Positions 26,235-35,882 of a DNA stretch of 64,000 bases are shown here, in pieces. Where the stretch lies: IMG/VR virus record IMGVR_UViG_3300021364_000006, one strand, 5' to 3'. The first letter of the stretch is position 1. Every line of letters starts with the position of its first letter. A program made the translations under genes and the position numbers. A model generated the notes under the pieces. The model made no database searches. It was not told the origin of the DNA and worked only from the letters and a program-made list of their open reading frames with translations. The stretch comes from a virus.

Positions 26235-28646
26235 TTAAACGTTTCCGATGACTTCATCGAATGAAACACCAGTGCGGGTGGCCACAAAGGTGAGTCCGAC
26301 GAAATTGATAGAACGTGCTGGTTTGATGAATACGTCCGCAACAAATTCGTTACGGTCAATTACAGCAGAAGTGTTGTTGGTTTCGTCACAAATGACCACG
26401 AAATCTTGGATTCCGCGATTTGATTGAACTTCTCTTAGGAAAGGTTCAACAGAGTTGACGAAATTAGTTCTAGTGATTTCATCGTTGAATTCAAAGAGTT
26501 GATCTCTTGCAACGGCTGCGATTGCTTTCTCAAGATAGATGAACAATCTACGAACGTTGATTCTATCAAAGGCAGAAGCCTTAGCGAATCCAGTCTTATC
26601 ACCGAAGAGAACAATACCAGAACCAGGAATGAAGGTTACTGGGTTGATTCTATTGCTATAGAGACGATCTCTTTCTTCCTTCGCGGGGTTGTAAGGAAGT
26701 TTAACAGCATTGAGGATTGCTCCTCTATCTGTTCCTGCGGGTGAGAACCAGGGGAAATCATTGATATCGGTTCTCGCACAAGTTCCAGCAACATCACCAT
26801 TTAGAGGGATGTAGCGGAATCTATCAGCGAAGCGGTCATATGTGTACTTATAACCACTATCAAAGATAGCGAATGATGAAGATGTAATTGGTGAGTAGTG
26901 TCCGATTACATTTGATGTGATTGTCTCAACATCTCTGACTACAGACTCAGTGGCACTGTCTTGGAATAGAGCAGCTCTATGTGGGGAGAGGAATGCAATT
27001 GCATCTTTTCTCTTCTCAGCGATTTCAATTGCTTTCAGACCAATTGCTTGTGTCTGTTCCTTAGTATAGTTGCCAGATCCTTGTAGAACAAAGTCTACAG
27101 TATACTCATCGGGATTCTTGAGAAGATCGTATCCAGCAGAAAGTTTAGAAATATCCGCTGCAAGAGAAGTTGTGGTTGTTAGTCCACTTGTTCCGTTATA
27201 GTTGAGACCACCTGCAAGAGTAGCAGTGGTGTTACCATATCCAGCGAATGAAATTCCAGAAGCGTTTTGATCCCAAGCAATGTCAGTTACGGGAGTGAAT
27301 CCGTTACCAGTATTGAGTTTGAAATCTGTTGCTACAGTGTCAGCAGGAGCGCCACCAGCAAAGATGTATCCAGAACCACTGGCAACGTAAGCTCTGTAGT
27401 AAGATGCAGAACCACTTTCAAATTGACCATCTTCTGCCTTAGAAAGGTTTAGATGCTTTTCAAGAATAGTTCCAGGATTTCCTGAGATTGCTCCATCGTC
27501 GTCGATTACAACAACGTGAACTTCATCAAATCTGGCGTTTCTGGATTCAGCATATTGTGAAGTTCCAGGACGATCTGCGAGTTGATTCCAGAAAATTTCT
27601 CCACCAGTAAAACTGATCTTCTGAGAATCGAACCAGTCTGCTGCAGTGTTTGATCTAATTGAACGGCTGAATGTTACACCAGTACCAACTGGCAAAATTC
27701 CAGTTCCAGTCGTGAGACCAATACCAGAAAGTGCTCCAATAGTAACAGCAGTGGTCCCAACTCCAGTAACTGTTAATCCATATCCAAGATGTGGAATGCT
27801 GATGGTGTCATTTACAACAACATCAGAAGTATTTGGGTTGATAGCAACGGGAATAGAAGTAGTTCCAGTGGTAAGGCCAACAGATTCTGTTACTGTTGCT
27901 AGTTCGTTACCACCAATTACACCTTCACCAGAAGAGTTGAGGACTCTTACATCACCAGTGAATCTATAGATTCCGTTTTCTTGGTAATCAACTTGTGTTG
28001 TAACGCCAGCGGCGCTTTCATGTTGTACGAATTTTACATCAATATAATCGGTGCCTACTTCGGTTACAATTCCTTTGAATGCACCATCTAATACTGCAGT
28101 AGAACCAGCACCAGGAATAACAGTTCCAGAAGGAACAACCTGACTGATTCCCATACCAACTGTGATGCCAGTTACGGCAATACCAGTAAGTCTCTGGTCA
28201 GCTCTAGAGTCAATAAGTGCAACCTTTAGACCGTTACCCCAGGTTCCAGGGTTTCTAGATGCAAAGACAACACCACTAATTGGATTATTGTCATAACCCA
28301 GTTCATTGTAGTGATCTAAACTTTTAATTTTTGGTGCAGAAGATGCGTCTCCAAAATAGGAGTTCTTCATATCAGCGTCGTCTGCTCTAACGACTCTGAG
28401 TTGACCACCGTATGCTAGGTATGAAGAAGCAACTAACCAGTTTTCATAATGTCTATCGGCTTCATATGATTTGCCAAAATTCGCAAGCAAATCGGCTTCA
28501 TTTTGGATGAGAGTGGGAACTTCTACTGGTCCTTGTGCAAAAGGTGCCACAATAGCAGCAACTTTGTCAGATACGGGATCTACTCTGCCCAGAGTAAGAT
28601 CAACCTCTCTTACAACAATACCAGGAGATGCTAAATTTAGCGCCAT
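26235..28646 (-). CDS. gp18: contractile tail sheath protein
   Basis: ASPGIVVREVD, WFSPAG..RG, AFDRINVRRLF, IKPARSINF. Confidence 0.98.
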   Translation of the reverse strand: MALNLASPGIVVREVDLTLGRVDPVSDKVAAIVAPFAQGPVEVPTLIQNEADLLANFGKSYEADRHYENWLVASSYLAYGGQLRVVRADDADMKNSYFGDASSAPKIKSLDHYNELGYDNNPISGVVFASRNPGTWGNGLKVALIDSRADQRLTGIAVTGITVGMGISQVVPSGTVIPGAGSTAVLDGAFKGIVTEVGTDYIDVKFVQHESAAGVTTQVDYQENGIYRFTGDVRVLNSSGEGVIGGNELATVTESVGLTTGTTSIPVAINPNTSDVVVNDTISIPHLGYGLTVTGVGTTAVTIGALSGIGLTTGTGILPVGTGVTFSRSIRSNTAADWFDSQKISFTGGEIFWNQLADRPGTSQYAESRNARFDEVHVVVIDDDGAISGNPGTILEKHLNLSKAEDGQFESGSASYYRAYVASGSGYIFAGGAPADTVATDFKLNTGNGFTPVTDIAWDQNASGISFAGYGNTTATLAGGLNYNGTSGLTTTTSLAADISKLSAGYDLLKNPDEYTVDFVLQGSGNYTKEQTQAIGLKAIEIAEKRKDAIAFLSPHRAALFQDSATESVVRDVETITSNVIGHYSPITSSSFAIFDSGYKYTYDRFADRFRYIPLNGDVAGTCARTDINDFPWFSPAGTDRGAILNAVKLPYNPAKEERDRLYSNRINPVTFIPGSGIVLFGDKTGFAKASAFDRINVRRLFIYLEKAIAAVARDQLFEFNDEITRTNFVNSVEPFLREVQSNRGIQDFVVICDETNNTSAVIDRNEFVADVFIKPARSINFVGLTFVATRTGVSFDEVIGNV

Positions 28647-28682
28647 TGATGTCTCCTTTTGGGTCCGAAATTAATCTAAAGT

Positions 28683-28690
28683 TATTTATT
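28683..28690 (-). promoter_or_regulatory. late promoter AATAAATA (gp18)
   Basis: Upstream of RBS AAGGAG and the gp18 ATG. Confidence 0.7.
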
Positions 28691-28729
28691 AAAACCTACC
28701 TCTTTAACGGGGAAACATTCCGTGAACAC

Positions 28730-28957
28730 CTACCAATCAGGATATTCCCAACTTCCAGTGTCTATTTTTCTAGATTTAGTTACCCTTTTTATGGTACATT
28801 CTTTACATTCGTATGAATATGCAGATGGCAAAAAATCTCTATCTTTATGTGTCAAATAAAAATCTTCCATCAAACTTTTTACTTTACCACAAGATCTACA
28901 CTTTCTTTCTTTAAAAAGAAGATGTTCAAGTTCTAGTTGATCATCTAAGTCCATCAC
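28730..28957 (-). CDS. small zinc-ribbon protein
   Basis: CRSC...ECKEC. Confidence 0.7.
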   Translation of the reverse strand: MMDLDDQLELEHLLFKERKCRSCGKVKSLMEDFYLTHKDRDFLPSAYSYECKECTIKRVTKSRKIDTGSWEYPDW

Positions 28958-29151
28958 TTTTCTGCGGCATACAATGCAAACGTTGATGTTGTGATAACAG
29001 TCATCATATTAGCAATATGTTGTTTGGTATCAGAATCACATTTATTGATCATGGGAAGAAAACATCCAATTATTGTCACTCCAACTATGGATAGTTGAAA
29101 AAAGATAACAACTTTTATCAAGTTTATTACTTGATTTTTTGTTTCCATCAC
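28954..29151 (-). CDS. small two-helix membrane protein
   Basis: Two hydrophobic segments around C...C; coupled to gp17. Confidence 0.6.
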   Translation of the reverse strand: MMETKNQVINLIKVVIFFQLSIVGVTIIGCFLPMINKCDSDTKQHIANMMTVITTSTFALYAAEK

Positions 29152-30797
29152 TTATAATCCCACATGTATGACATATCACCATATTCATCAGTGTGCCATC
29201 TATCACCAGAGTTGTCTACAAAACTATCACCATCATTGATTCCATCTGAAATAAATCCAAATGGTGCCATGTCTTGCTCAATCTGATTTTTTTGTTCTTC
29301 GTATATTCTCTTACGGACATCATTATCCGTCATCTCTTTGAAATAATCTTGTGCAACTAACCAGGAGAATATAACAAGACACATTGCCAAGTCATCATTA
29401 CATCCTTCCTCAGCTTCAAATGACTGACGCTTTTGAACAAACGTTGTTAATTCTGAGATGATATCATAATCATTTGTTATTAACTTATCATCTTCTAATA
29501 AAGTTTTTAAATTTGAACATCCTAATTTTTTCACAGCAGATGTCATCCTGACACCAAGTTGTGACTTCTTACCTGAGAATCCAGAACCAACTACTTGTCC
29601 AGCTCTGCCTCTCATGGCACACATGAGCATATTTTCATATTCAAGATCAAAGTAAAGAATAGATGCTACTTGATCTCCAATATCATTTACTTCAACTAAT
29701 ACCCAAGCTTGATTATATGCGTCTGCAACTTGTTTAATGATGCTTGGGAATAGCATCGGTTTTATTTCATTATTTCTATACTTTGCTACAACTTTATATG
29801 GGAACTGTGTTATATCGTAAACAATGAAAGCAGAATAATCGTGTTCTACTCCTCTTGCAACGTCAACAGTAATCATATAATTATGATCTTTTTGAGATGC
29901 TTCATAGATATCCAATCCTTTATTTCTTTTGATTGGATCTTCATATACTAAGTTTCTAAGTTTAGTGACATCAATGAGAGTATCAACAGATCCTAAGAAT
30001 TCGCATTCAAACTCAACTTTGAACTGTTGCTCCGATGTGTTTGCAATAGTCTGTTGCTTCCACTTTGCATTTCTTCCAGGGACTTCCGACCAATGCACAG
30101 CTGTCGGAACATATTCATTCTTTTGCCTTTCAGCATCATGCCACATACGATAGAAGTGATTCATACCGTGAGGGGTAGAAACGATAATTACCTTGGTGTT
30201 TTTACCAGATGAGATAGTAGGATAAACAGAGGCAAAGAACGCATCAGCAATGTGGTTTGGGATGAAAGCGAATTCGTCGAGAAAAATGATATTATAGGAG
30301 CCGCCACGAACAGCAGATGCAGACGTACTTGCGGCGATAATCTTAGACCCATTTTCCAGTTCTAGTGATTGCTTGTTCCAAGATACAATACCCTGTTGCA
30401 TCCATTTAGGCAAGTTCTCGTAAGCAAGTTGTAACCTTCCGAGAAGGTCCTTAGCCGTGGATGCTTTGTTTGCTAAAATAGCGATGTTAACATTGTCATT
30501 GAAGACAGCATAATGTAGCAGATATGAAACCACAGTCGTGGACTTACCAGTCTGTCGTGGCATCTTACAGATATTAAATCTGTTCTTATGGAAGTTCTTT
30601 ACAAGTTTCTCTTGGAACTTGTACATCTTGAATGGTACAAGACCTTCGTCTAGAGAAACGATTTGAATATAATTTTTAGCAAAGTATACAGGATCTTTCT
30701 TGCACTTAATAAATTCTGCAATCTCCTCTTGACCAAATTCAATTGGAGTATTCGCTTTTTTTAGATTTGGATTACCAAGATAAATTTCACCAGGCAT
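29148..30797 (-). CDS. gp17: terminase large subunit
   Basis: YLGNPNLK, PRQTGKST, FLDEFAF, STPHG, DVARG, DDLAM. Confidence 0.98.
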   Translation of the reverse strand: MPGEIYLGNPNLKKANTPIEFGQEEIAEFIKCKKDPVYFAKNYIQIVSLDEGLVPFKMYKFQEKLVKNFHKNRFNICKMPRQTGKSTTVVSYLLHYAVFNDNVNIAILANKASTAKDLLGRLQLAYENLPKWMQQGIVSWNKQSLELENGSKIIAASTSASAVRGGSYNIIFLDEFAFIPNHIADAFFASVYPTISSGKNTKVIIVSTPHGMNHFYRMWHDAERQKNEYVPTAVHWSEVPGRNAKWKQQTIANTSEQQFKVEFECEFLGSVDTLIDVTKLRNLVYEDPIKRNKGLDIYEASQKDHNYMITVDVARGVEHDYSAFIVYDITQFPYKVVAKYRNNEIKPMLFPSIIKQVADAYNQAWVLVEVNDIGDQVASILYFDLEYENMLMCAMRGRAGQVVGSGFSGKKSQLGVRMTSAVKKLGCSNLKTLLEDDKLITNDYDIISELTTFVQKRQSFEAEEGCNDDLAMCLVIFSWLVAQDYFKEMTDNDVRKRIYEEQKNQIEQDMAPFGFISDGINDGDSFVDNSGDRWHTDEYGDMSYMWDYK

Positions 30798-30805
30798 ATT
30801 ATAAA

Positions 30806-31096
30806 TTATCCTTGATAAACTACCGAAGTTGCATATACATCAGATGCAGACGAATAAACAAGGTCTGCTCTTTCTTTATGTATAATGATTGGATTATTTC
30901 CTGCCATATGGAAACTACCATATGTGACACCTGCACCAGTTCTCAATTCAACTTCACGATCAGATGAATGACTATGCTGAACCATTACATATTCAGCACC
31001 CACTGTAGAACCGACAGTAATTACTGAGCATGGAACTGATGATCCAGATCCTGCATTTACTTGTACAGATTCTCCTAAAAGTTTTACTACAAACAT
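30806..31096 (-). CDS. small hypothetical protein, probably virion-associated
   Basis: Likely start MFVVKLLG at 31096, directly after the upstream stop; similar to 23399..23665. Confidence 0.65.
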   Translation of the reverse strand: MFVVKLLGESVQVNAGSGSSVPCSVITVGSTVGAEYVMVQHSHSSDREVELRTGAGVTYGSFHMAGNNPIIIHKERADLVYSSASDVYATSVVYQG

Positions 31097-31097
31097 G

Positions 31098-33308
31098 TCA
31101 ACACTTCCAACGTTTACGAGCTTTACATACGGGTTTATCTGGAGTCTTAGAGCAATCAATGTTGTGCATATCTTGCTGACCCTTAGAGCGAGCGCAGTAA
31201 GACTTTCTACGCTTGGCATCTTTGCTGCCTGGTTCTGGATCACCAGTTACAGCAGTCTTTAGTTTAGAACCAGGATTTTCACGACGATATGCAGCCACTG
31301 CTTTAGGACTCATACCATCAGTCTTATCTTTTTTATTTACACTCTGCCAATCTTCTTTTACACCTTTTTTCTTATCTAATTCGGCATCAAGATCTTTGAT
31401 AGATTTTAGTTTTCCGCCACCCATTTTAATTTTATCATAAGGTCTTAATTGACCAGATCCATAAACAGACCTACCCTCACCTATAAACTTTCCAAAACTC
31501 TTAGCACCTTCAACCTGAACTAGGGGTTCATTCTCAACACGATCTCTTTCAAAATAATTTGTCAATACAGCCTCAGGATAAATCTTTCTGAGTTGAATTA
31601 GAACATCCTCTCTGGAAGGTCTTGCTGATGTTGGGAAGAAGAACTGTAGTGATTTATATTGTCCTCTAAATGTAAAGAAAACAGTGTAAGTTTTTCCTAG
31701 TCTCTGAATTCTTTCATACTTTTCTTCAAATGTATTTGGTCCTAGATTAGCAGGAACGGAATACATATCCCAGGTCTTAGGACCATATGAACACTCATCT
31801 CTGGTTTCATTCTTTTCACATTTGGGGCAATAACGAATCATCTCTGCTTCTTCGTTTGTAGCCTTCTTCTTCACACAGTTTGGATATCTCTTTCCAAACA
31901 TGGTCTTCATACCTTTCTTCTCATAACCTTTCCAACACTTTTCATCCAATGTATCCCTTAGATCTGTAAAGGAGTTTCTCATTAGTGCTCTGCCACCTGA
32001 AGAAGATGTAGTTCCTCTTGACAATGTGCTGCCTCCAGTTCTTGATCCAGTTCTGGATGCACTTGGTCTTGTCTCAGATCCACCACCACTTCTCAATCTT
32101 GAGCCGCCACCGCCGCCAGATCCACCTCTGTTGCGGCCACCGCCACCACCACTACTTGGTTTGTTTGGTTTTCCTGGATCTCCATGTCCTCCTTTTTTCT
32201 TAAGAACTGGTTTTTTCTTATCTTTCTTATCCTTATTTTTCTCTTTCTTCTTATCACCACCTGAGCTGTAACTCATGCTATAGTTTACACCTACTTTATT
32301 TTCTCTTTTTCCTTTCTCCGAAGATGCAGAATGACTAGTTCCAGGTTTTGCAAGTGCTTTACTTACTGCACTTTTGACGGAATCATCAGTTGCCTTAGCA
32401 GGAACAGCTTTGCTACTAAAAGTAACACTACCAGAATGAGCTGTTTTCTCCTGCATTTCAAATTCTTCAGACTTATTTCCCCAGTTTGCAGCACCTACTT
32501 TACGACACTTAACTAAAGCACCAGATGCATATGCAGAAGGCCATACAGAATAGCGAGACTTGACCTTGTGATAACAAGCGTCTTTAGTTCCACTACCCTT
32601 TCCTTTCTTATCCTTTGCTTCGGAAATGGATTCTTCTACTTTTTTCATCGGTAATCCCTTGTGCTTTGTACTTGCAAATTTCTTTACGTCGGAACGCTTG
32701 GCGGTGGCAGCAACTTTGGCAACCTCAGGCGAGGGATTTTCCATTTCCCCTTTTTGAGCCGCTCTAACCATCCCGAAGAATCTTTGTTGCTTTTTGGAGA
32801 CTGCTTCTTCATCAACCTTTTTCCTCTTAGAATCGGTTGCAACATAAGTTGGTTTAGCAGCACCTGATTTTTGTTGTTGACCAGGATCTGCTTCTTTTTT
32901 TCTTCTAGCTGCAGATTTTCTCTCAGCCTTACTCATACTTGCTCGTTTTGCTGAAGAGACACATTTAGGAGTTCCTTCTCCTGGTTCATCACTGGCGCAA
33001 GTCCCACCTGTGACAACATTGACCCAACCACCTTTACCATCTTTTGATTTGGATCCCTTGAACCATTTATGGAGAGTTCCTTCACTGACTCCTCCGTTTC
33101 CACCATTAGAGCCGCCATTAGTGCCGCCATTCCCGTTGGAAGCGCCATTCTTACCATTTCCATTCTTCTTTCCTTCTTCAGAGTCTTCATCATTATCACG
33201 CGCAAGATAACCACGGGCACCAATATGGTATCCCATGGGAATTTTCTTACATTTTTTATCTGTAAAACAGTAATAGTAACCAGTTTTACATTTCTTAGAT
33301 TCCGTCAT
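31098..33308 (-). CDS. large basic modular protein between gp16 and gp17 (candidate capsid-internal polyprotein)
   Basis: 736 aa of K/R/G/C-rich modules separated by Glu-containing linkers. Confidence 0.75.
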   Translation of the reverse strand: MTESKKCKTGYYYCFTDKKCKKIPMGYHIGARGYLARDNDEDSEEGKKNGNGKNGASNGNGGTNGGSNGGNGGVSEGTLHKWFKGSKSKDGKGGWVNVVTGGTCASDEPGEGTPKCVSSAKRASMSKAERKSAARRKKEADPGQQQKSGAAKPTYVATDSKRKKVDEEAVSKKQQRFFGMVRAAQKGEMENPSPEVAKVAATAKRSDVKKFASTKHKGLPMKKVEESISEAKDKKGKGSGTKDACYHKVKSRYSVWPSAYASGALVKCRKVGAANWGNKSEEFEMQEKTAHSGSVTFSSKAVPAKATDDSVKSAVSKALAKPGTSHSASSEKGKRENKVGVNYSMSYSSGGDKKKEKNKDKKDKKKPVLKKKGGHGDPGKPNKPSSGGGGGRNRGGSGGGGGSRLRSGGGSETRPSASRTGSRTGGSTLSRGTTSSSGGRALMRNSFTDLRDTLDEKCWKGYEKKGMKTMFGKRYPNCVKKKATNEEAEMIRYCPKCEKNETRDECSYGPKTWDMYSVPANLGPNTFEEKYERIQRLGKTYTVFFTFRGQYKSLQFFFPTSARPSREDVLIQLRKIYPEAVLTNYFERDRVENEPLVQVEGAKSFGKFIGEGRSVYGSGQLRPYDKIKMGGGKLKSIKDLDAELDKKKGVKEDWQSVNKKDKTDGMSPKAVAAYRRENPGSKLKTAVTGDPEPGSKDAKRRKSYCARSKGQQDMHNIDCSKTPDKPVCKARKRWKC

Positions 33309-33721
33309 TGCTGATTTTTAAGAAATTTAGCTAGTTCTGCGGTGGATCCCACGAATAATGCATTATTAGTCACAGACTTAGGACCAGAATCCTCTTCTTT
33401 ATTTAGTTCCTTCATTTTCTTTTGAAGATCCATCAATTTATCTGTTGTATCAGCAACACTTTTAATAATTTGACCAGCAACTTCATATGCTCTAGGGGAA
33501 TCTGACTCTTGAGCCAACTCCATGATTCCATCTAGACTTTCTTGACCCTTTTCAATTAGAGAATATAAATTTCCTCTCGTATATTCATAGTCTTTCTTTG
33601 CTTGTTCAACTCTCTGCTCATGTTCAACATCTCTTACAATCTCAGACTCCGAAGGTGTGACATTAACAATGTCAGTCTCTGTGTTTAGAGAATCACTAAT
33701 TTTATCAAATGATTTAGCCAT
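33305..33721 (-). CDS. gp16: terminase small subunit
   Basis: DYEYTRGNL, SPRAYEV, FVGSTAEL. Confidence 0.93.
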   Translation of the reverse strand: MAKSFDKISDSLNTETDIVNVTPSESEIVRDVEHEQRVEQAKKDYEYTRGNLYSLIEKGQESLDGIMELAQESDSPRAYEVAGQIIKSVADTTDKLMDLQKKMKELNKEEDSGPKSVTNNALFVGSTAELAKFLKNQQ

Positions 33722-34518
33722 TATGAATCAGTCCCCGATGCTGGATTAAACTTCTTACTATCAGAAAACACTTCAATAGTTTCACTGAATCCAAAGTCAT
33801 CACCAGGTTCTGCGTCAATTGGATCTGGTACTGCAGTGTATCTTACTTCACGCTTAGCAGCACTAGTGTCTGTATCTGTATAATAATCGACCTGAACTTT
33901 GCGGATGAGACCGTCTGAACTTTCTGCAATAGGTCCGAATAGATATGTGTTTGCTGTGAATGTAATGTTATAAATTAGAGCCCTTCTGGATTGGAAATTA
34001 CCCTCATATTCATCTTGCATTGTGATATTTCCTAGTGTGATTGGAATATCTCTTTTTTCTCCAATAGAACTTACAAGATCAACAGTGACTTTAAATGATG
34101 GTTGAAAATATGGTAGAATCTGCTCTATGATTTGTAGAGCATCTTCATTTAGTTTTGAATATATTGATAACTGAAACTCAACATTGTATGGTACAGGAAG
34201 AAATACCTTCTTCATCGTTTCACCATCTACAGCTTTGAAAGTCTTAGTTACATTAGACTTTCTAGTTGGATCATAAGTAATCCCCAACATTTCAAATGAC
34301 ATTCTTGGCAATGTTATTGCAACTGGTTTATCCAGTTGTGCCTGCTGCTCTAATCTTGCTAAAAATTTCTGCTGGGGCGCATATGCTAGAGGAACTTTGA
34401 TGTCACTGACTGTTCCAGAATCATCACTGGTTTTTCTTACATGAATATCATTGAAAATAGTTCCGAAAGCAATAATAGTCTTTCGTAGTATTTCGTGATA
34501 GTAATAAGTTCCTAACAT
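33721..34518 (-). CDS. gp15: tail sheath stabilizer / completion protein
   Basis: YYHEILRKTIIAFGTIFN, VPLAYAP, LPRMSFE, EQILPYFQP. Confidence 0.95.
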   Translation of the reverse strand: MLGTYYYHEILRKTIIAFGTIFNDIHVRKTSDDSGTVSDIKVPLAYAPQQKFLARLEQQAQLDKPVAITLPRMSFEMLGITYDPTRKSNVTKTFKAVDGETMKKVFLPVPYNVEFQLSIYSKLNEDALQIIEQILPYFQPSFKVTVDLVSSIGEKRDIPITLGNITMQDEYEGNFQSRRALIYNITFTANTYLFGPIAESSDGLIRKVQVDYYTDTDTSAAKREVRYTAVPDPIDAEPGDDFGFSETIEVFSDSKKFNPASGTDS

Positions 34519-35882
34519 CAGTATGTACCAAAGGGATTCGATTCTGTAAAGTCTAATAGATCATCAGCTAGATCTTCAATCTCCTGATTTTGAGAGAACT
34601 CTATTTCTACTCCAGGGTCATCATTGAAAGAAGAAACTGTATGTGTGGCATTCGATGTAGAGCCAACAATAGTTTCTCCAGCCGTGAATTTACCACTATT
34701 TATGTACACGTCTAGAGTCTTAGCATCCTTATCGTATTTCTTGACTCTTGCAGTAGTGCCAGAAATACTTCCAGTAACAGTCTCATTTGATATGAAATCA
34801 CTAGTTCCAGAACCAGGTGCTGTTGTGATTCCAACAGTTGGTGCTACTGTATAACCAACCCCAGCATTTCTAATTCTGAATCCAGTAACAGTTCCACCAG
34901 TACCGATGGTAGTAATAACATCAGCAGTTGATGTCGCTGCACCAGTTAGAGTTACTGTTGGAGCAGTAACATAAAGTGCTCCAGGTTCTGTGATAGTAAA
35001 TGATTGGATTGAACCATCACCAAGAATTGCTGTTGCAGCTGCACCTACACCATTACCACCACTAAACGTAATAGTTGGCGGTACTGTATATCCAGCACCA
35101 GCATTTGTAATTAGAACTTCAAATATAGAATTGGATGTGGTGATAGCAACAGCAGTCGCATCTGTTCCACCAACGGGAGCAGTCGAAATCGCTACAGTTG
35201 GTGCAGAAGTATATGCATATCCATCATTGTTTAGAACAATGCTTCTAACTGCACCATCAGCGATAGATGCAGTTGCAGTTGCATCTGTTCCAGCTCCAGT
35301 TAGAATTAACTGAGTAATGTATCCCTCATCAATAACTGCGTCATCAATCTCAGCAACTCCAGTGTCAACAATCTCATCTTCAAGTCTGAGAAGTTCACAT
35401 TGTAACTGATAAACGTAATTTTCACCTAATTGATAGAATGGTTTTTCATGCTCAACATTTTTAATTTCATATAGTCTTTCACCAAGTGGGAAATATATTA
35501 CATCACCTTCTCTAGGTCTGCCATCTAATATGATTTCACTAGCATCTTGTTCTTTTAGGTCTTTTAAGAACTCTACAATATAAGTATCAAATTTTTCTCT
35601 TGAAATAGTCAGAGAAATTTCATTTCTAAGTTCTATTCCAAACTTGGTCATAATATCGGTGTTAGCGCCATATCCCTCATAGTTATCAAGATATGCTTCG
35701 ATGATAAAATTATCATCCAATTTAGACATCGTTACTTCTCTTGAGAGAGTTTCGGTGCCAATTATTTTTCTTGGGATATAATATACATCTATCCCATAGA
35801 TCTTTAATTGCTCATTGATTAGATCTTGAAGCAAATATTGCTCTTGCTTTGATCCTTGTAGAAAATAGGGATTCCTTGCCAT
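34518..35882 (-). CDS. gp14: neck protein with inserted G/T/A-rich beta repeats
   Basis: EQLKIYGIDVYYIPR, RPREGDVIYFPL, PFYQLG, DFTESNPFG; GYT.APT repeats. Confidence 0.93.
   Translation of the reverse strand: MARNPYFLQGSKQEQYLLQDLINEQLKIYGIDVYYIPRKIIGTETLSREVTMSKLDDNFIIEAYLDNYEGYGANTDIMTKFGIELRNEISLTISREKFDTYIVEFLKDLKEQDASEIILDGRPREGDVIYFPLGERLYEIKNVEHEKPFYQLGENYVYQLQCELLRLEDEIVDTGVAEIDDAVIDEGYITQLILTGAGTDATATASIADGAVRSIVLNNDGYAYTSAPTVAISTAPVGGTDATAVAITTSNSIFEVLITNAGAGYTVPPTITFSGGNGVGAAATAILGDGSIQSFTITEPGALYVTAPTVTLTGAATSTADVITTIGTGGTVTGFRIRNAGVGYTVAPTVGITTAPGSGTSDFISNETVTGSISGTTARVKKYDKDAKTLDVYINSGKFTAGETIVGSTSNATHTVSSFNDDPGVEIEFSQNQEIEDLADDLLDFTESNPFGTY

Noticed and set aside
13016-30797. 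Inteins or group I introns in gp46, uvsW, gp20, gp17, gp23
   Set aside because: Lengths are ordinary, reading frames are continuous, and I saw no splicing or homing endonuclease motifs.
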